Shown piece after piece: positions 26,815-36,513 of a DNA stretch of 64,000 bases. This DNA is from an uncultured Candidatus Saccharibacteria bacterium (lineage in GTDB: Bacteria > Patescibacteriota > Minisyncoccia > UBA6257 > 1-14-0-10-40-38), in assembly GCA_964434715.1 (NCBI GenBank), contig CAYSWC010000001.1, positions 35,037 to 99,036 on the forward strand, in the 5' to 3' direction. Within the stretch, counting starts at the first letter, position 1. Each line of letters opens with the position of its first letter. A model generated the notes under the pieces. It saw only the letters and a list, made by a program, of their open reading frames with translations, did not search any database and was not told the origin of the DNA. The position numbers and the translations under genes were made by a program.

Positions 26815-27852
26815 TTAGAACCCAAGGATCTCGAGTTGCGTTGAGAGACGTGTTGGTAGATCGTCCAAGGAGATGAAGAAGGCGCCGGCTACGATCAAAA
26901 CAGCTGCCCAGAGCCGCTGTTTGAACTCCGCTTCGTGGAAAAAAAGATAACCTAGGATCACGCTCATGAGGATACTGAAACGCTTCAGAGTCCCCACGTA
27001 GGCGACGAATGCCTTGTTATAAGTGGGCTGGATGAGCATCCAGTGGAGCGACCAGAATATCACGAAACCGGCAAGTAAGAGCCACAAGGGGCGACTCGTA
27101 AGCACTGCCTTAACCCACCCTTTCCGCTCATCTCCCCTGGCATCCGGCCGAAGCAGGTACCAGATGAGGTAGGTAATGGTAAGGAGTCCCATCATAGAGG
27201 TTACGGCCAGAAAAATTCCCTGAAAGTCCACGCCGCGCCGCGTGTAGAGGCCGTCAAAGAGCAGACCCACGGTGCCCATGGTTGCCGAGCCCAAGGCGAG
27301 TGAGACCACGATCGTTTTTTGACGTTCCTCCGGAGAAAGATGCTTGAGTATAAAGAGGTAACGCAGTCGCCGGATCGGTCCGAAATAGTCGTACCAGTGC
27401 TCCGGCGTCTTTTCCCAGAGGAGCACATAGGAGCCACAGATCATGAGCAACACCCCGAAGATACCGACTCGGCTGGGGTATTCCCTAAGTAAGAGAGCCA
27501 GTCCAGTAATGAGTCCGGGCGTCATGGCCTGGAGCGGCGCGGTCAAGGATACCTCTCCTTTAGGCAACGAGGCGGCTTTGGCATTTAGGAACTGGATCAC
27601 GAAGTTCGCCGCCGTGCCGCAGAAAACCGCAGTCCAGAAACCGGAGAGAAGTTTCGGCGGCAAGGTGAATCCCCAACTGGAGACATAGACAGCTCCGCAA
27701 AAAGCCGTCGCAAGCGAATAGCCGAGTATGAGAAACTGGAGCGCCGAGAGTTTCTTCTTCTTAAAGAGTCCGCGCCGACACACATTCATAAGAGCGATGC
27801 AGAGCGAGCCAAGCGCCACCGGCAAGAGAACCGAGAGCCAGAACTGAAACAT
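26815..27852 (-). CDS. GC-richer EamA/DMT-family transporter
   Basis: About 10 TM; EVSLTAPL..TP, LLREYP and LKRFSILMSVILGYLFFHE motifs. Confidence 0.85.
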   Translation of the reverse strand: MFQFWLSVLLPVALGSLCIALMNVCRRGLFKKKKLSALQFLILGYSLATAFCGAVYVSSWGFTLPPKLLSGFWTAVFCGTAANFVIQFLNAKAASLPKGEVSLTAPLQAMTPGLITGLALLLREYPSRVGIFGVLLMICGSYVLLWEKTPEHWYDYFGPIRRLRYLFILKHLSPEERQKTIVVSLALGSATMGTVGLLFDGLYTRRGVDFQGIFLAVTSMMGLLTITYLIWYLLRPDARGDERKGWVKAVLTSRPLWLLLAGFVIFWSLHWMLIQPTYNKAFVAYVGTLKRFSILMSVILGYLFFHEAEFKQRLWAAVLIVAGAFFISLDDLPTRLSTQLEILGF

Positions 27853-27957
27853 GAGTATCTCCTTCGGTTAGTAGCCTTATGTTGTTTTGAAGAACAAAAA
27901 CTTCTAGGGTTACTAGAAGACTGGTAAGAGGCTAGCAGATAGCTAAAAATATGTCAA
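27853..27957 (-). promoter_or_regulatory. Promoter, hairpin, boxA-like motif and SD (solo unit C)
   Basis: TTGACA 27957-52, 17 nt, (TGC)TAGCCT 27934-29; 7-bp hairpin 27901-19; TGTTCTTCAAAA 27896-85; AAGGAGA 27864-58. Confidence 0.78.
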
Positions 27958-27959
27958 TG

Positions 27960-27984
27960 AAAAAGCCCCGACCTTAGTCGGGGC
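27960..27984 (-). terminator. Intrinsic terminator of solo unit D
   Basis: aaaaa-gccccgac-ctta-gtcggggc. Confidence 0.85.
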
Positions 27985-28013
27985 ATACGGACAGATTGCG
28001 AAAGGAGCGGAGG

Positions 28014-29018
28014 CTAGAACGACTCGGCGAGAAGGCGTCTGGCGACAGCCATGGGAATGCCGCCGTCAGGACCCTGATGAGCGCCCACGGCCTGAAGTCG
28101 CGCCAGTGCGTTGGTTATTCCCAAGGCTCGCTCCGCGAGCGCCACGAGGATGTGCACCGAAAGCGCCGCGTTGTCAGCCGAGGAGCTGGGCAGATCAATC
28201 GGAACCTCGCCAGCCGCCTGCCGGTAGTTACCGACTTTGAGAAAATCCCAGGCGCTGTAAACCCGAGCCCATTGGGGGTAGCGGCTTCCAGTACCAGCTT
28301 GGAAATCGGCGGCCTGTGCTTCAAGCCACGCCCAGCTCACTTCAGGGATGCCTGCGATCCGAGCCATCATGAGCGGCCAAGAGATGTGAATTGCCGCATT
28401 GTCCACCATCCAGTTGGGGTATGGAGAGACGACGTGTGCCACGTGCTCCCGGGCCGCAACGAGCGCCCGGATGGAGCGGACGATCGCAACGTCTTCGCCG
28501 GCCACGAAAGCAGCCGTGACTCTCTCGACTTGAGCAGCGAAGATGCCCACGAGCTGCTTGGCGCGGTCACCCGAGAGGCCATACCAGCCCGAGGACTGTA
28601 GTTGAGCTTCAGCCGCTTCCTCGTACCAGCGAAGGCCACGCTTCACGAGCGCCACGTTGTAGAGAACGTTGCCCAGGAGGCCGAACTTCTCTGACGTATT
28701 GGGAAGAGCGGCGTTTGCTTCGCGCGCGATCTGGTCAAGCCTGTCAGCGAGCCCGACCATGTCAGCGCCTCTGGCGCGCCGCATACCGTTCACCTCTTCG
28801 GCTCGGCAGGCAAAGCGCATCCAGGGCGAGGTCGCTCCTTCCGAAGCCAGCTCAAACACCTGCGCGTACTTCATGGGGTCGCGTTCCTCGGTCTTGCCGG
28901 TAAGGAGCGTTTTCCCCAATATCCCGACCTCCTCGGCCGAGAAATCGACGCCGTCCGGAAGCCCGAGGATCAAACCCGCGAGCTCTTCGGATGAGGCTCT
29001 AGGATTGAAACTGCCCAT
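28014..29018 (-). CDS. GC-rich hypothetical helical (TPR-like) protein
   Basis: 334 aa Ala-rich ORF with SD and terminator; VLYNVALVKRGLRWYEEA resembles a TPR helix pair. Confidence 0.72.
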   Translation of the reverse strand: MGSFNPRASSEELAGLILGLPDGVDFSAEEVGILGKTLLTGKTEERDPMKYAQVFELASEGATSPWMRFACRAEEVNGMRRARGADMVGLADRLDQIAREANAALPNTSEKFGLLGNVLYNVALVKRGLRWYEEAAEAQLQSSGWYGLSGDRAKQLVGIFAAQVERVTAAFVAGEDVAIVRSIRALVAAREHVAHVVSPYPNWMVDNAAIHISWPLMMARIAGIPEVSWAWLEAQAADFQAGTGSRYPQWARVYSAWDFLKVGNYRQAAGEVPIDLPSSSADNAALSVHILVALAERALGITNALARLQAVGAHQGPDGGIPMAVARRLLAESF

Positions 29019-29119
29019 TCCCTGACTCCTTTCCTAAATCAAAGAGCTGATGCCCAAAGCATCCCAATGATACTTCAAAAGAGCAAAATCAGTATATTCC
29101 AAAGAGCGGAAACGCGCAA
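29019..29119 (-). promoter_or_regulatory. Promoter, three GCTCTTT motifs, hairpin and SD (solo unit D)
   Basis: TTGCGC 29119-14, 17 nt, TATACT 29096-91; GCTCTTT at 29107, 29084 and 29047; hairpin 29049-63; AGGAAAGGAG 29035-26. Confidence 0.75.
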
Positions 29120-29122
29120 GGG

Positions 29123-29563
29123 TCAAGATCTTTTAGGAATTTTGATAATGGCAAGCCGGGCAACGCCGGCGCACTTATGCTGGTGCGGTTCGCCGGCCGG
29201 AATCCAGAGCCAATCGCCGGGCTTTAAAATGACTTCAATGCCGCCTCTGATTTCCTTGGCTTTAAGTTCACGCACATCTTCCGTGCCGTCAGGATTTTTC
29301 TTGGCCCTTGGTTCGACAAGCTCGCCGCCGTAAATAAAAGTTACTTCGCCCTCCAAACACAGCCAGAGATCGCCTTCGTGTTTATGAACTTCAGCATCGT
29401 TTACAACTTCCTTATCCTCTAAGATATTTAAGGGCAAATTATGGAGCGATGCTAAAGATTTTAACGGCTCAAGGAGTTTTTTCCCGATCGCCTGCACGCT
29501 CCTCAAAGTCTTATCAACTTCCCCTTTACGGATAACAAAACAACTGCCAGCAAGGTCGGCCAT
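29123..29563 (-). CDS. Cupin-domain protein
   Basis: EVHKHEGD..LEGE and LKPGDWLWIPAGEPHQH motifs. Confidence 0.85.
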   Translation of the reverse strand: MADLAGSCFVIRKGEVDKTLRSVQAIGKKLLEPLKSLASLHNLPLNILEDKEVVNDAEVHKHEGDLWLCLEGEVTFIYGGELVEPRAKKNPDGTEDVRELKAKEIRGGIEVILKPGDWLWIPAGEPHQHKCAGVARLAIIKIPKRS

Positions 29564-29568
29564 AAAAG

Positions 29569-30507
29569 TTAATTACCGCTAGAAGAACACAAAGCGCCGA
29601 AATTAGTGCCGCCGGACTGATCGTACCAATAGCGGTAATTAAGACTGCCGTCATCGTTAACATTAATAGGATCCAAGGCGCCATAGATATTATTGTGCTT
29701 CCAGAGTAAAATTCCTTGATAGCAGGGAATGACGATATTTAACGCCGTACTCACTATACTGGCGTCTTGGTCATAAAGCCTGACAAAATCGGTGTGCTGG
29801 GTAAAGGCATAATTGCCGGCATTGGTAAACTCACAGATATTGGTAATACCCGTATAACCGCCGATGCGGATGTCTTCGCAGGGAGAATACCCGGCGGCAC
29901 TGACATTGGCGATTGAAGCCGGTTCGGTGCCAGCCGGATAAATATAACCCCGGTTTTTCTGACCATAGCCGGCAGCATATAAAAACTCGGCTCCGGCGAT
30001 TTTTAAATACTGACTATCCCTTACCACGCCGGTTCCGGTTTTGATCAGCTCGCGCGGATTAGGCGGAGGCGGAGGCGGAGGCAAAGCAGGCGGAGGTTCA
30101 TCGGCTGGAGGGGGCGGGGATGACATTCCTAGCTCTATTGGTTCAACAATTTCTCTGGACGCCTCGATCGCGGCGGCGGTCCGGAGTTCCCGAAGCTTGG
30201 CCCGCGTGATCGGTCCCACCACGCCAACCGGATCAATGCCGTATTTGGTTTGGAAGTTTCGGACGGCCTTTTCGGTTAAACGCCCGAAAAATCCGGTCGC
30301 CAATCCTTCGGGGTAAATTTCCGGATCTTGGGCCAGATATTTTTGAAGCGTTCGCACGTCATCGCCGCGCCGGCCTAAGGCAAGACTCCGGTTTAAATCC
30401 GGCGGCGGCTCCAAAATTGATTGGGCAACTGCCCAGCTATCAATAACCAGCAAGAGGCCGAAAATTAAAAGCAAACTGACTGCTAAGATTGACGCTAAAG
30501 ATCTCAT
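29569..30507 (-). CDS. Exported peptidoglycan-binding protein with Pro-rich linker
   Basis: GRRGDDVRTLQKYL..TGFFGRLTEKAVRNFQ..GVVGPITR. Confidence 0.88.
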   Translation of the reverse strand: MRSLASILAVSLLLIFGLLLVIDSWAVAQSILEPPPDLNRSLALGRRGDDVRTLQKYLAQDPEIYPEGLATGFFGRLTEKAVRNFQTKYGIDPVGVVGPITRAKLRELRTAAAIEASREIVEPIELGMSSPPPPADEPPPALPPPPPPPNPRELIKTGTGVVRDSQYLKIAGAEFLYAAGYGQKNRGYIYPAGTEPASIANVSAAGYSPCEDIRIGGYTGITNICEFTNAGNYAFTQHTDFVRLYDQDASIVSTALNIVIPCYQGILLWKHNNIYGALDPINVNDDGSLNYRYWYDQSGGTNFGALCSSSGN

Positions 30508-30543
30508 AAATACATTATAGCATATTTCATCTGGGTGTATAGC

Positions 30544-31827
30544 CTAGCTGATGTCCAATCGGATTTCCCGGTCTTTGGTCACGAGATGCGGATAAGGCAT
30601 CGGGAAGAACAGCTTTCCGCCACCTTTGAGATAAAGACGTTCCCGCTTAATAAGCTCGTCTTTAAAAAACCAGATCAGGGCAACCATTAAACTGGGGTTT
30701 AATGCTCTTGCTCTTTCTTCAGAGATCAGTTCAATGTCCGTCCCCAGTGTCCGCAAACCAACTTTTTCCGGATTGCGATCGCTAAGGTAAGGAATAAGAC
30801 TTTTATCTATACCAAAAAATTGCAAGAGCACATTCCCTTTGGTTGATGCTCCTAAACCTATTACGGAGGCGCCCTTTTTTCTCTCGGAACGAATCAGATC
30901 AAGGGTAATTTTTTTAAGCCGATTGATCTTTCGATTAAATTCTTTATAGGTTGATGGATTAAAGGGCGCGAGCTTGTTTTCTCCGGCTTGAATTTTCTTA
31001 ACTGTTGGCGAGATTGATCTTTTTTCCTCCGCCCGAGAAACGAATAGCCGCAAACTGCCGCCGTTCACGTCATTTTCGGAAGCATCAAATATGCGCAATT
31101 CATGCCGTTCCATCAGAGCAGCGAGCGTCCCCAAAGAATAATAAGCAACGTGTTCGTGACAAAAATCATAGAAATTCAGTGTTCTAAGCGTAGCTGGAAG
31201 GTAACTTAACTGAATGCACCAGATGCCGCTGGGCGCGAGAACCGATTTAACCTCGGAGACAAATTGATTGGGATCATCAAGATCATAAAGCATGGCTATC
31301 GAAGCAACGATTTTGAAAAGCTTGCCGCCGCTCGCCTCTAAAGCGCGTTTTTTGGAAAAATAATCTTCTAGGACGATAATTGATTTATCTAGTCTACGGC
31401 GGTCAATATTCCTGGCCGGATCAATGCCGATTCTCTGCGTGTATTTAGGGAAATAAGCAAGCAGGGTGCCGTCATTGGCGCCGATATCAAGCACCGCATC
31501 GTCAGCTTTTAATGATGTTCGTTTTAAAATTTCGGTTGCGATTTCTTTCAAAGCTTGCCGCATCATCGGGTTGGTAAAAGAACGATAAAAATATCGCCGG
31601 TACATAAAATCACGATCGACGGTTTCTTTAAGCTGCAGCAGGCCGCAGGCGGTTTTATTTGTCCTCCGGTCGCAGAGTACCGCCGTAAGCGGTATCCTGA
31701 TTTTTGAAAGTTCATTGTCTTTGTTGCTCGCCACAAACGCCGATGCCAGATATTGCTTGCCGAAATTCAAAACTTCGGTCAACTTCTTATTGCCGCAGAC
31801 CCGACATTGTTTTATGACTTTATACAT
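30544..31827 (-). CDS. SAM-dependent NDP-sugar C-methyltransferase
   Basis: N-terminal CRVC zinc site, LDIGANDG, HEHVAYYS, NGGSLR and GASTKGN motifs. Confidence 0.88.
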   Translation of the reverse strand: MYKVIKQCRVCGNKKLTEVLNFGKQYLASAFVASNKDNELSKIRIPLTAVLCDRRTNKTACGLLQLKETVDRDFMYRRYFYRSFTNPMMRQALKEIATEILKRTSLKADDAVLDIGANDGTLLAYFPKYTQRIGIDPARNIDRRRLDKSIIVLEDYFSKKRALEASGGKLFKIVASIAMLYDLDDPNQFVSEVKSVLAPSGIWCIQLSYLPATLRTLNFYDFCHEHVAYYSLGTLAALMERHELRIFDASENDVNGGSLRLFVSRAEEKRSISPTVKKIQAGENKLAPFNPSTYKEFNRKINRLKKITLDLIRSERKKGASVIGLGASTKGNVLLQFFGIDKSLIPYLSDRNPEKVGLRTLGTDIELISEERARALNPSLMVALIWFFKDELIKRERLYLKGGGKLFFPMPYPHLVTKDREIRLDIS

Positions 31828-31836
31828 TTTTATACA

Positions 31837-32508
31837 TTAAAGTTGTTTATTAAAGAATTCTCGTAAGACCACTTTTAAGATTTCCCAGCCGGTCTTAAAC
31901 GGCTTCATTTTTCTTACGCCGCCGATTCTTTTGGGCTCGTCAGCTGGAATCTCGGCAACCTTTAGCTTCCGCTTAGCAAACTTGATCGGCATCTGAATTG
32001 ACCAGGACAAACCAGCCGCATCCATCTTAAGCCCGTCAAACGCCAATTTTCGATAACCCCGAAAACCTATTAAAACATCCGTGTAATCGGCCCGAAAAAG
32101 CAAATTCACCAGCTTGGTGAAAATCCAGTTACCTTTAGCAGTCAGAAAATCATCATCATAACTTTTGGCGCCGCCTAGGTAACGGGAAGCAACGACAAAA
32201 TCATAGCCTTGCTTGAGTTTGTTAACCACTTCCGGAATTTTGTCAGGCGGGGAATTGCCGTCTGCGGGGAATTCAATAATCAAATCCCCTTGGGCGGCCG
32301 AGGCCCCTTCTTTCATGCCAGCGCCATAGCCGCGGCTCTTCTGGCTTAATACCCGGTAGCCGTGCTCGCGGCAATACTCGATCGTGCCGTCAGTGGATCC
32401 GCCGTCAATAATCAAGATTTCATCCACCCACTCTTTTTTAATTTTCGGCAGTATAACTCTCACTGCTTCTATTTCGTTTAAAGTCGGCGCGAGAAGGGTT
32501 ACTTTCAT
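31837..32508 (-). CDS. GT2 glycosyltransferase (Dpm1-like)
   Basis: PTLNE, IDGGSTDGT, GYGAG, ADG and ASRY motifs. Confidence 0.92.
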   Translation of the reverse strand: MKVTLLAPTLNEIEAVRVILPKIKKEWVDEILIIDGGSTDGTIEYCREHGYRVLSQKSRGYGAGMKEGASAAQGDLIIEFPADGNSPPDKIPEVVNKLKQGYDFVVASRYLGGAKSYDDDFLTAKGNWIFTKLVNLLFRADYTDVLIGFRGYRKLAFDGLKMDAAGLSWSIQMPIKFAKRKLKVAEIPADEPKRIGGVRKMKPFKTGWEILKVVLREFFNKQL

Positions 32509-33479
32509 ATTCGGGCAAGATACCAGTCGATGGCGTTTTTAAGCCCTACTTTTAAAGGGACGGCTGCCCGAAAACCGATTTTCGCTTCGGCTTTTCTCGT
32601 GTCACAGGTGCGGCGGGGTTGACCATCGGGTTTAGAAGTATCAAAAATTATTTCCGCTTTGGAGCCGGTAAGTTCAATGATGAGCCGCGCTAAATTACCG
32701 ATTGATATTTCTTCGCTGCCGCCTAAGTTTAAAGGATCGGCAACCGCGTATTTTTCGCAGACCTCCAAAAGGCCTCGCGCGAAATCCGTAACATAGAGAA
32801 AGGAACGGGTTTGGTTGCCGCTGCCCCAGACCACGAGCGGATTCTCTCCGGCTATGATTCTTTTCACGAGTCCGGGAATAACGTGGCTCATGGCGGCGAA
32901 AAAATCATCTCTGGGGCCATAGGCGTTGAAAGGCCGGGCAATGGCGATCTTCATGCCAAATTCCTCTGTATAGGCTTTGCCCAAATATTCTTCCATGCGC
33001 TTGGACCAGCCATAGCCGGCGTTCGAGGGTTCAGGAGCGTCTTTAAAACCTTCCTCTTCCGGCGTCGGGTGAGAAGTATCCTTGGGATAAATGCAGGCAG
33101 AGCTAACAACCAAAAATCTCTCTACCCCGGCAGTCCGAGCCGAGTCTATCACATTTAAAAACGGAGTTAGATTATCCCTAAAAAGACTGGCTTGATGTTT
33201 GATGCTGTTTAAAATGCCGCCGCCCTTAGCGGCCGCGAGATTTAAAACAATCTCCTGCCCTTTCATGACTTTATCGGTAGCGGCGCGATCTGTTAAATCA
33301 GCCTGAACAATGGAGATCTTATCCCGAACGCCTTCTAAGAAATCGAGTTTGGTGTTGGTACGCACCGGAATCGTGACTTTAGCGCCGCGGGCAACCAAAA
33401 ATTCCACCAGGTGGCTGCCGATAAACCCAGCCCCGCCGGTTACTAAAACTTTCTTGCCTCGATAAAAATCATCCGTCAT
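32505..33479 (-). CDS. NAD-dependent epimerase/reductase (GDP-sugar, Fcl/GME-like)
   Basis: TGGAGFIG, SSACIYP, YGWSK, SHVIPGL and SKPDGQPRR motifs. Confidence 0.88.
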   Translation of the reverse strand: MTDDFYRGKKVLVTGGAGFIGSHLVEFLVARGAKVTIPVRTNTKLDFLEGVRDKISIVQADLTDRAATDKVMKGQEIVLNLAAAKGGGILNSIKHQASLFRDNLTPFLNVIDSARTAGVERFLVVSSACIYPKDTSHPTPEEEGFKDAPEPSNAGYGWSKRMEEYLGKAYTEEFGMKIAIARPFNAYGPRDDFFAAMSHVIPGLVKRIIAGENPLVVWGSGNQTRSFLYVTDFARGLLEVCEKYAVADPLNLGGSEEISIGNLARLIIELTGSKAEIIFDTSKPDGQPRRTCDTRKAEAKIGFRAAVPLKVGLKNAIDWYLARI

Positions 33480-33482
33480 AAG

Positions 33483-34472
33483 TTAAAAAAGGGTAAGGCC
33501 GTGTTCTTTAAGATCATGCTCCAGCATAATCCTAACCAATTGCTTAAATTTCACTTTCGGCTCCCAACCAAGTTTTAACTTCGCCTTTTCATAACTGCCG
33601 AGGAGTGTTGGCGCCTCGGAAGGACGATAATAGCGCGGGTCGGTCTCAACGTGTTTTTCCCAATCCAAGCCGGCGAGCTTAAACGTCTCTTCCACAAACT
33701 CTCTGACCGTATGCGACTCGCCGGTGGCCACCACATAATCATCGGGTTTATCCTGCTGCATCATCCGCCACATGGCATCAACGTACTCGGGAGCATATCC
33801 CCAGTCCCGCACTGCCTTGAGGTTTCCCAGTACCAGTTTCTTTTCGAGGCCGGCTTTGATACGGGCGACCGTATGGGTAATTTTTCTTGAAACAAAATTT
33901 TCCCCTCTCCGAGGCGATTCGTGATTAAATAAAATTCCATTGACCGCGAACAAACCATAGGCTTCACGGTAGTTTTTGGTAATCCAAAAGGCGTAAACTT
34001 TGGCGCAGGCGTAAGGACTTCTGGGATAAAAAGGCGTATTTTCGTTCTGGGGAACTTGTTTGGCAAGACCGAACATTTCGGACGAAGACGCCTGATAAAA
34101 CTTGGCTGGAATATTAGTGTCGCGGATGGCGTCCAAAAGCCGCAAGGTTCCCAGGGCCGTAACATCCCCGGTATATTCCGGGATGTCAAAACTAATTCTC
34201 ACGTGGCTCTGCGCGCCCAAGTGATAAATTTCATCGGGTCTTATGGTTTTAAGAAGTCTATTTAAGGCGCTGCCGTCAGTTAAGTCACCGTAGTGGAGAT
34301 GGAATCGGCTTTGAGGATCATCAAGCGCATGCGCAATGTGGCCGATTCTTTTGGTATTGAACGAACTGGAACGCCGCATCATGCCATGCACCTCATAGCC
34401 CTTGGCGAGTAAAAATTCAGCCAAATAAGATCCGTCTTGTCCGGTAACGCCGGTAATAAATGCTTTTTTCAT
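33483..34472 (-). CDS. gmd: GDP-mannose 4,6-dehydratase
   Basis: [28 protein letters not shown] and NHESPRRG motifs. Confidence 0.97.
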   Translation of the reverse strand: MKKAFITGVTGQDGSYLAEFLLAKGYEVHGMMRRSSSFNTKRIGHIAHALDDPQSRFHLHYGDLTDGSALNRLLKTIRPDEIYHLGAQSHVRISFDIPEYTGDVTALGTLRLLDAIRDTNIPAKFYQASSSEMFGLAKQVPQNENTPFYPRSPYACAKVYAFWITKNYREAYGLFAVNGILFNHESPRRGENFVSRKITHTVARIKAGLEKKLVLGNLKAVRDWGYAPEYVDAMWRMMQQDKPDDYVVATGESHTVREFVEETFKLAGLDWEKHVETDPRYYRPSEAPTLLGSYEKAKLKLGWEPKVKFKQLVRIMLEHDLKEHGLTLF

Positions 34473-34514
34473 ATCCTGCTTACTTATAATTTTTAACTCA
34501 TCGCTGTTTCTTTG

Positions 34515-36395
34515 TCAACGGCGGATTTTATAAATCTCGACGGAGGAATTCTGATACACCAGCATCAGATTTTTGAGTTTTGAAAGATCTAGCTCAATAA
34601 GGTGTTTTTCTAACGGGCCGTAATAAACATAATCGCCGTCAAAATCCGCCCACTCCGTCTTCAGTTCACGATACCGAGACAATAATTCTTCCGCCTTTGC
34701 CAATCGCTTTGCTTTCGGAGCTTGCTGCTCGGCTTTGGCGATAAAGTTCTTGAAACTGCCGTAACGGCTGGCAAAATAATTGCCGTAAAGATTCCACATG
34801 CTGTCATTGAGATTACTGCCTTTATCCGGGAAGCATTGGTAATCGCTGCAGTCAAGAGGCAGTTCTCCCTTGAGCCGGGCGCGGAGCGTCTGCTCCGGCA
34901 CGCCGAAGAGTTTATGACTGATAAGATAACGTTCCTCTATTTCGGCCATCGGAAGAAGGGTGGTAAAGGCAGTGGGCATAAATGGCCGCACCGATGTGTA
35001 GGAGGCAAGATAAAATGAGTTTAGGGTTGAGGGGGAAATAACCCGCGGTTCGCCGCTTAAATTGTCGTTAATCCAGCGCCAAGACTCTGCCACTCCATTG
35101 GGAAAAGTGTAATAATCCACCAAATGCGGCTGAATGTTTTTTTTGATGGCAAAAATATTAACGGCTTTTTTTGCCACCACAAAAACAGAGAGAAGGATCA
35201 GCACCGCAACTCCAAACCGCTTCACTAATGGATAATTGCCGGCGCGCACCCGACCAAATAAATAGTAAAGAAAATCAAACCCAATAATGAAAATGATCGG
35301 CGATATTGATCTCCTGAAAAAATGGGGCACGGGAACATAACCGATTACAAGCTGGATATTCCAGACAGCAAACATCGCCAAAATTAATCCAAAAAACAAA
35401 ACTGCCTTTTCACGATTGCGCTTAAAGTAAAACAGGTAAGTCAAAATTATGAGCGCGAGATAAACTATCAAGTCAGGGGCGTTCTCACGGCCTACTCCGA
35501 GAGTGTGTCCAAAGGTAACGCCGGCTCGCCAAACAAAATCCTGGGCAGTATCGAGATTGTTAAAAAGAAAATAGGTAACGAAATAAGGGATAGTGATTAT
35601 CGCCAAACAGCCCCAGAAAATGAGAAAGTTTTTAATCAAAGCCTTATTGGTTCGATAAAAAATCAGAACAAGCAGAAAAACTATGCCCAAAACTATTATC
35701 CAGTAAACCCAGTGATGGAAATAAGTGTAGAACAATAAGCCGGCGGGAATAGCGGCAAATACGCCCAAGCGCGGAGACGGTTTTCGCCAAAAAATAAAAA
35801 AGGCGGCAATGGCAAACAAATAAATGGGATAAGTTAAGAGCGGCTCATCAATCCTCGCTAGATACAGTTGATCAAACTGGGTTCTTATAAAAGGAATGAA
35901 ATTGTTCAAAAAAAACGCCTGAAACTCCGCGAAGCCCTGCCATTTATAAAAGGGCAGTTTTAGAGGAATCGGCGTCAGCGTTCCGACTAAGCCGAAAAAC
36001 ATGGCCCATAACTTGGAACGCCACAAAAGCCATCCCAAGAAAGCAAAGAGCGAGAAAATGACTGCCGAAAAAAAGAACTGGGCGCCTAAGTAGGCAGCGT
36101 TAAGATTGCCTTTAAATAAATAAAGGAAGCCGGCAAAAAAAAGAGGCGGCAAGGGATTCTGAATAGTTGGCGACGATCGGTCTTCCCCGTAAAGTTCGGC
36201 CGGCGGGAAATGGCCATCGTAAATTTCCCGCGCCCGCGGCAAATAGGCTTGCAAAGAATCGCGGTAAGTTTTGTATTGAGCGAGCGCAAACTCGTTGCCG
36301 GCATCCTTGAAATTTTTCCAAATCATGAGCGGCGGACCAATATGAAGTAAACCCACTAAAACCGCCGCTAATAAAAATAAAAAAATATAGCGCAT
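34515..36395 (-). CDS. Large polytopic membrane protein (GT-C-like)
   Basis: More than 10 TM segments plus a soluble C-terminal domain ending LVYQNSSVEIYKI; glycan-cluster context. Confidence 0.65.
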   Translation of the reverse strand: MRYIFLFLLAAVLVGLLHIGPPLMIWKNFKDAGNEFALAQYKTYRDSLQAYLPRAREIYDGHFPPAELYGEDRSSPTIQNPLPPLFFAGFLYLFKGNLNAAYLGAQFFFSAVIFSLFAFLGWLLWRSKLWAMFFGLVGTLTPIPLKLPFYKWQGFAEFQAFFLNNFIPFIRTQFDQLYLARIDEPLLTYPIYLFAIAAFFIFWRKPSPRLGVFAAIPAGLLFYTYFHHWVYWIIVLGIVFLLVLIFYRTNKALIKNFLIFWGCLAIITIPYFVTYFLFNNLDTAQDFVWRAGVTFGHTLGVGRENAPDLIVYLALIILTYLFYFKRNREKAVLFFGLILAMFAVWNIQLVIGYVPVPHFFRRSISPIIFIIGFDFLYYLFGRVRAGNYPLVKRFGVAVLILLSVFVVAKKAVNIFAIKKNIQPHLVDYYTFPNGVAESWRWINDNLSGEPRVISPSTLNSFYLASYTSVRPFMPTAFTTLLPMAEIEERYLISHKLFGVPEQTLRARLKGELPLDCSDYQCFPDKGSNLNDSMWNLYGNYFASRYGSFKNFIAKAEQQAPKAKRLAKAEELLSRYRELKTEWADFDGDYVYYGPLEKHLIELDLSKLKNLMLVYQNSSVEIYKIRR

Positions 36396-36471
36396 CGGCT
36401 TTTATCCTATCATAAATTACCTTAACTATCTTCCTCGAGTCTCTAATTATTGCAAGTTTTAAAAAGCCAAC

Positions 36472-36498
36472 AAAAAAGGGGAGGGACGAATCCCTCCC
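36472..36498 (-). terminator. Intrinsic terminator of solo unit E
   Basis: A-run, then gggaggga-cgaa-tccctccc (TTCG loop on the - strand). Confidence 0.82.
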
Positions 36499-36513
36499 GT
36501 GCGTTCTTCCGAA

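Noticed and set aside
27996-29025. 201-aa and 118-aa + strand ORFs
   Set aside because: Shadows of the GC-rich - strand gene, with no expression signals of their own.
21501-29119. Solo genes as integron cassettes or prophage remnants
   Set aside because: They carry their own promoters and terminators. I found no attC-like GTTRRRY/RYYYAAC boxes, integrase or phage genes.
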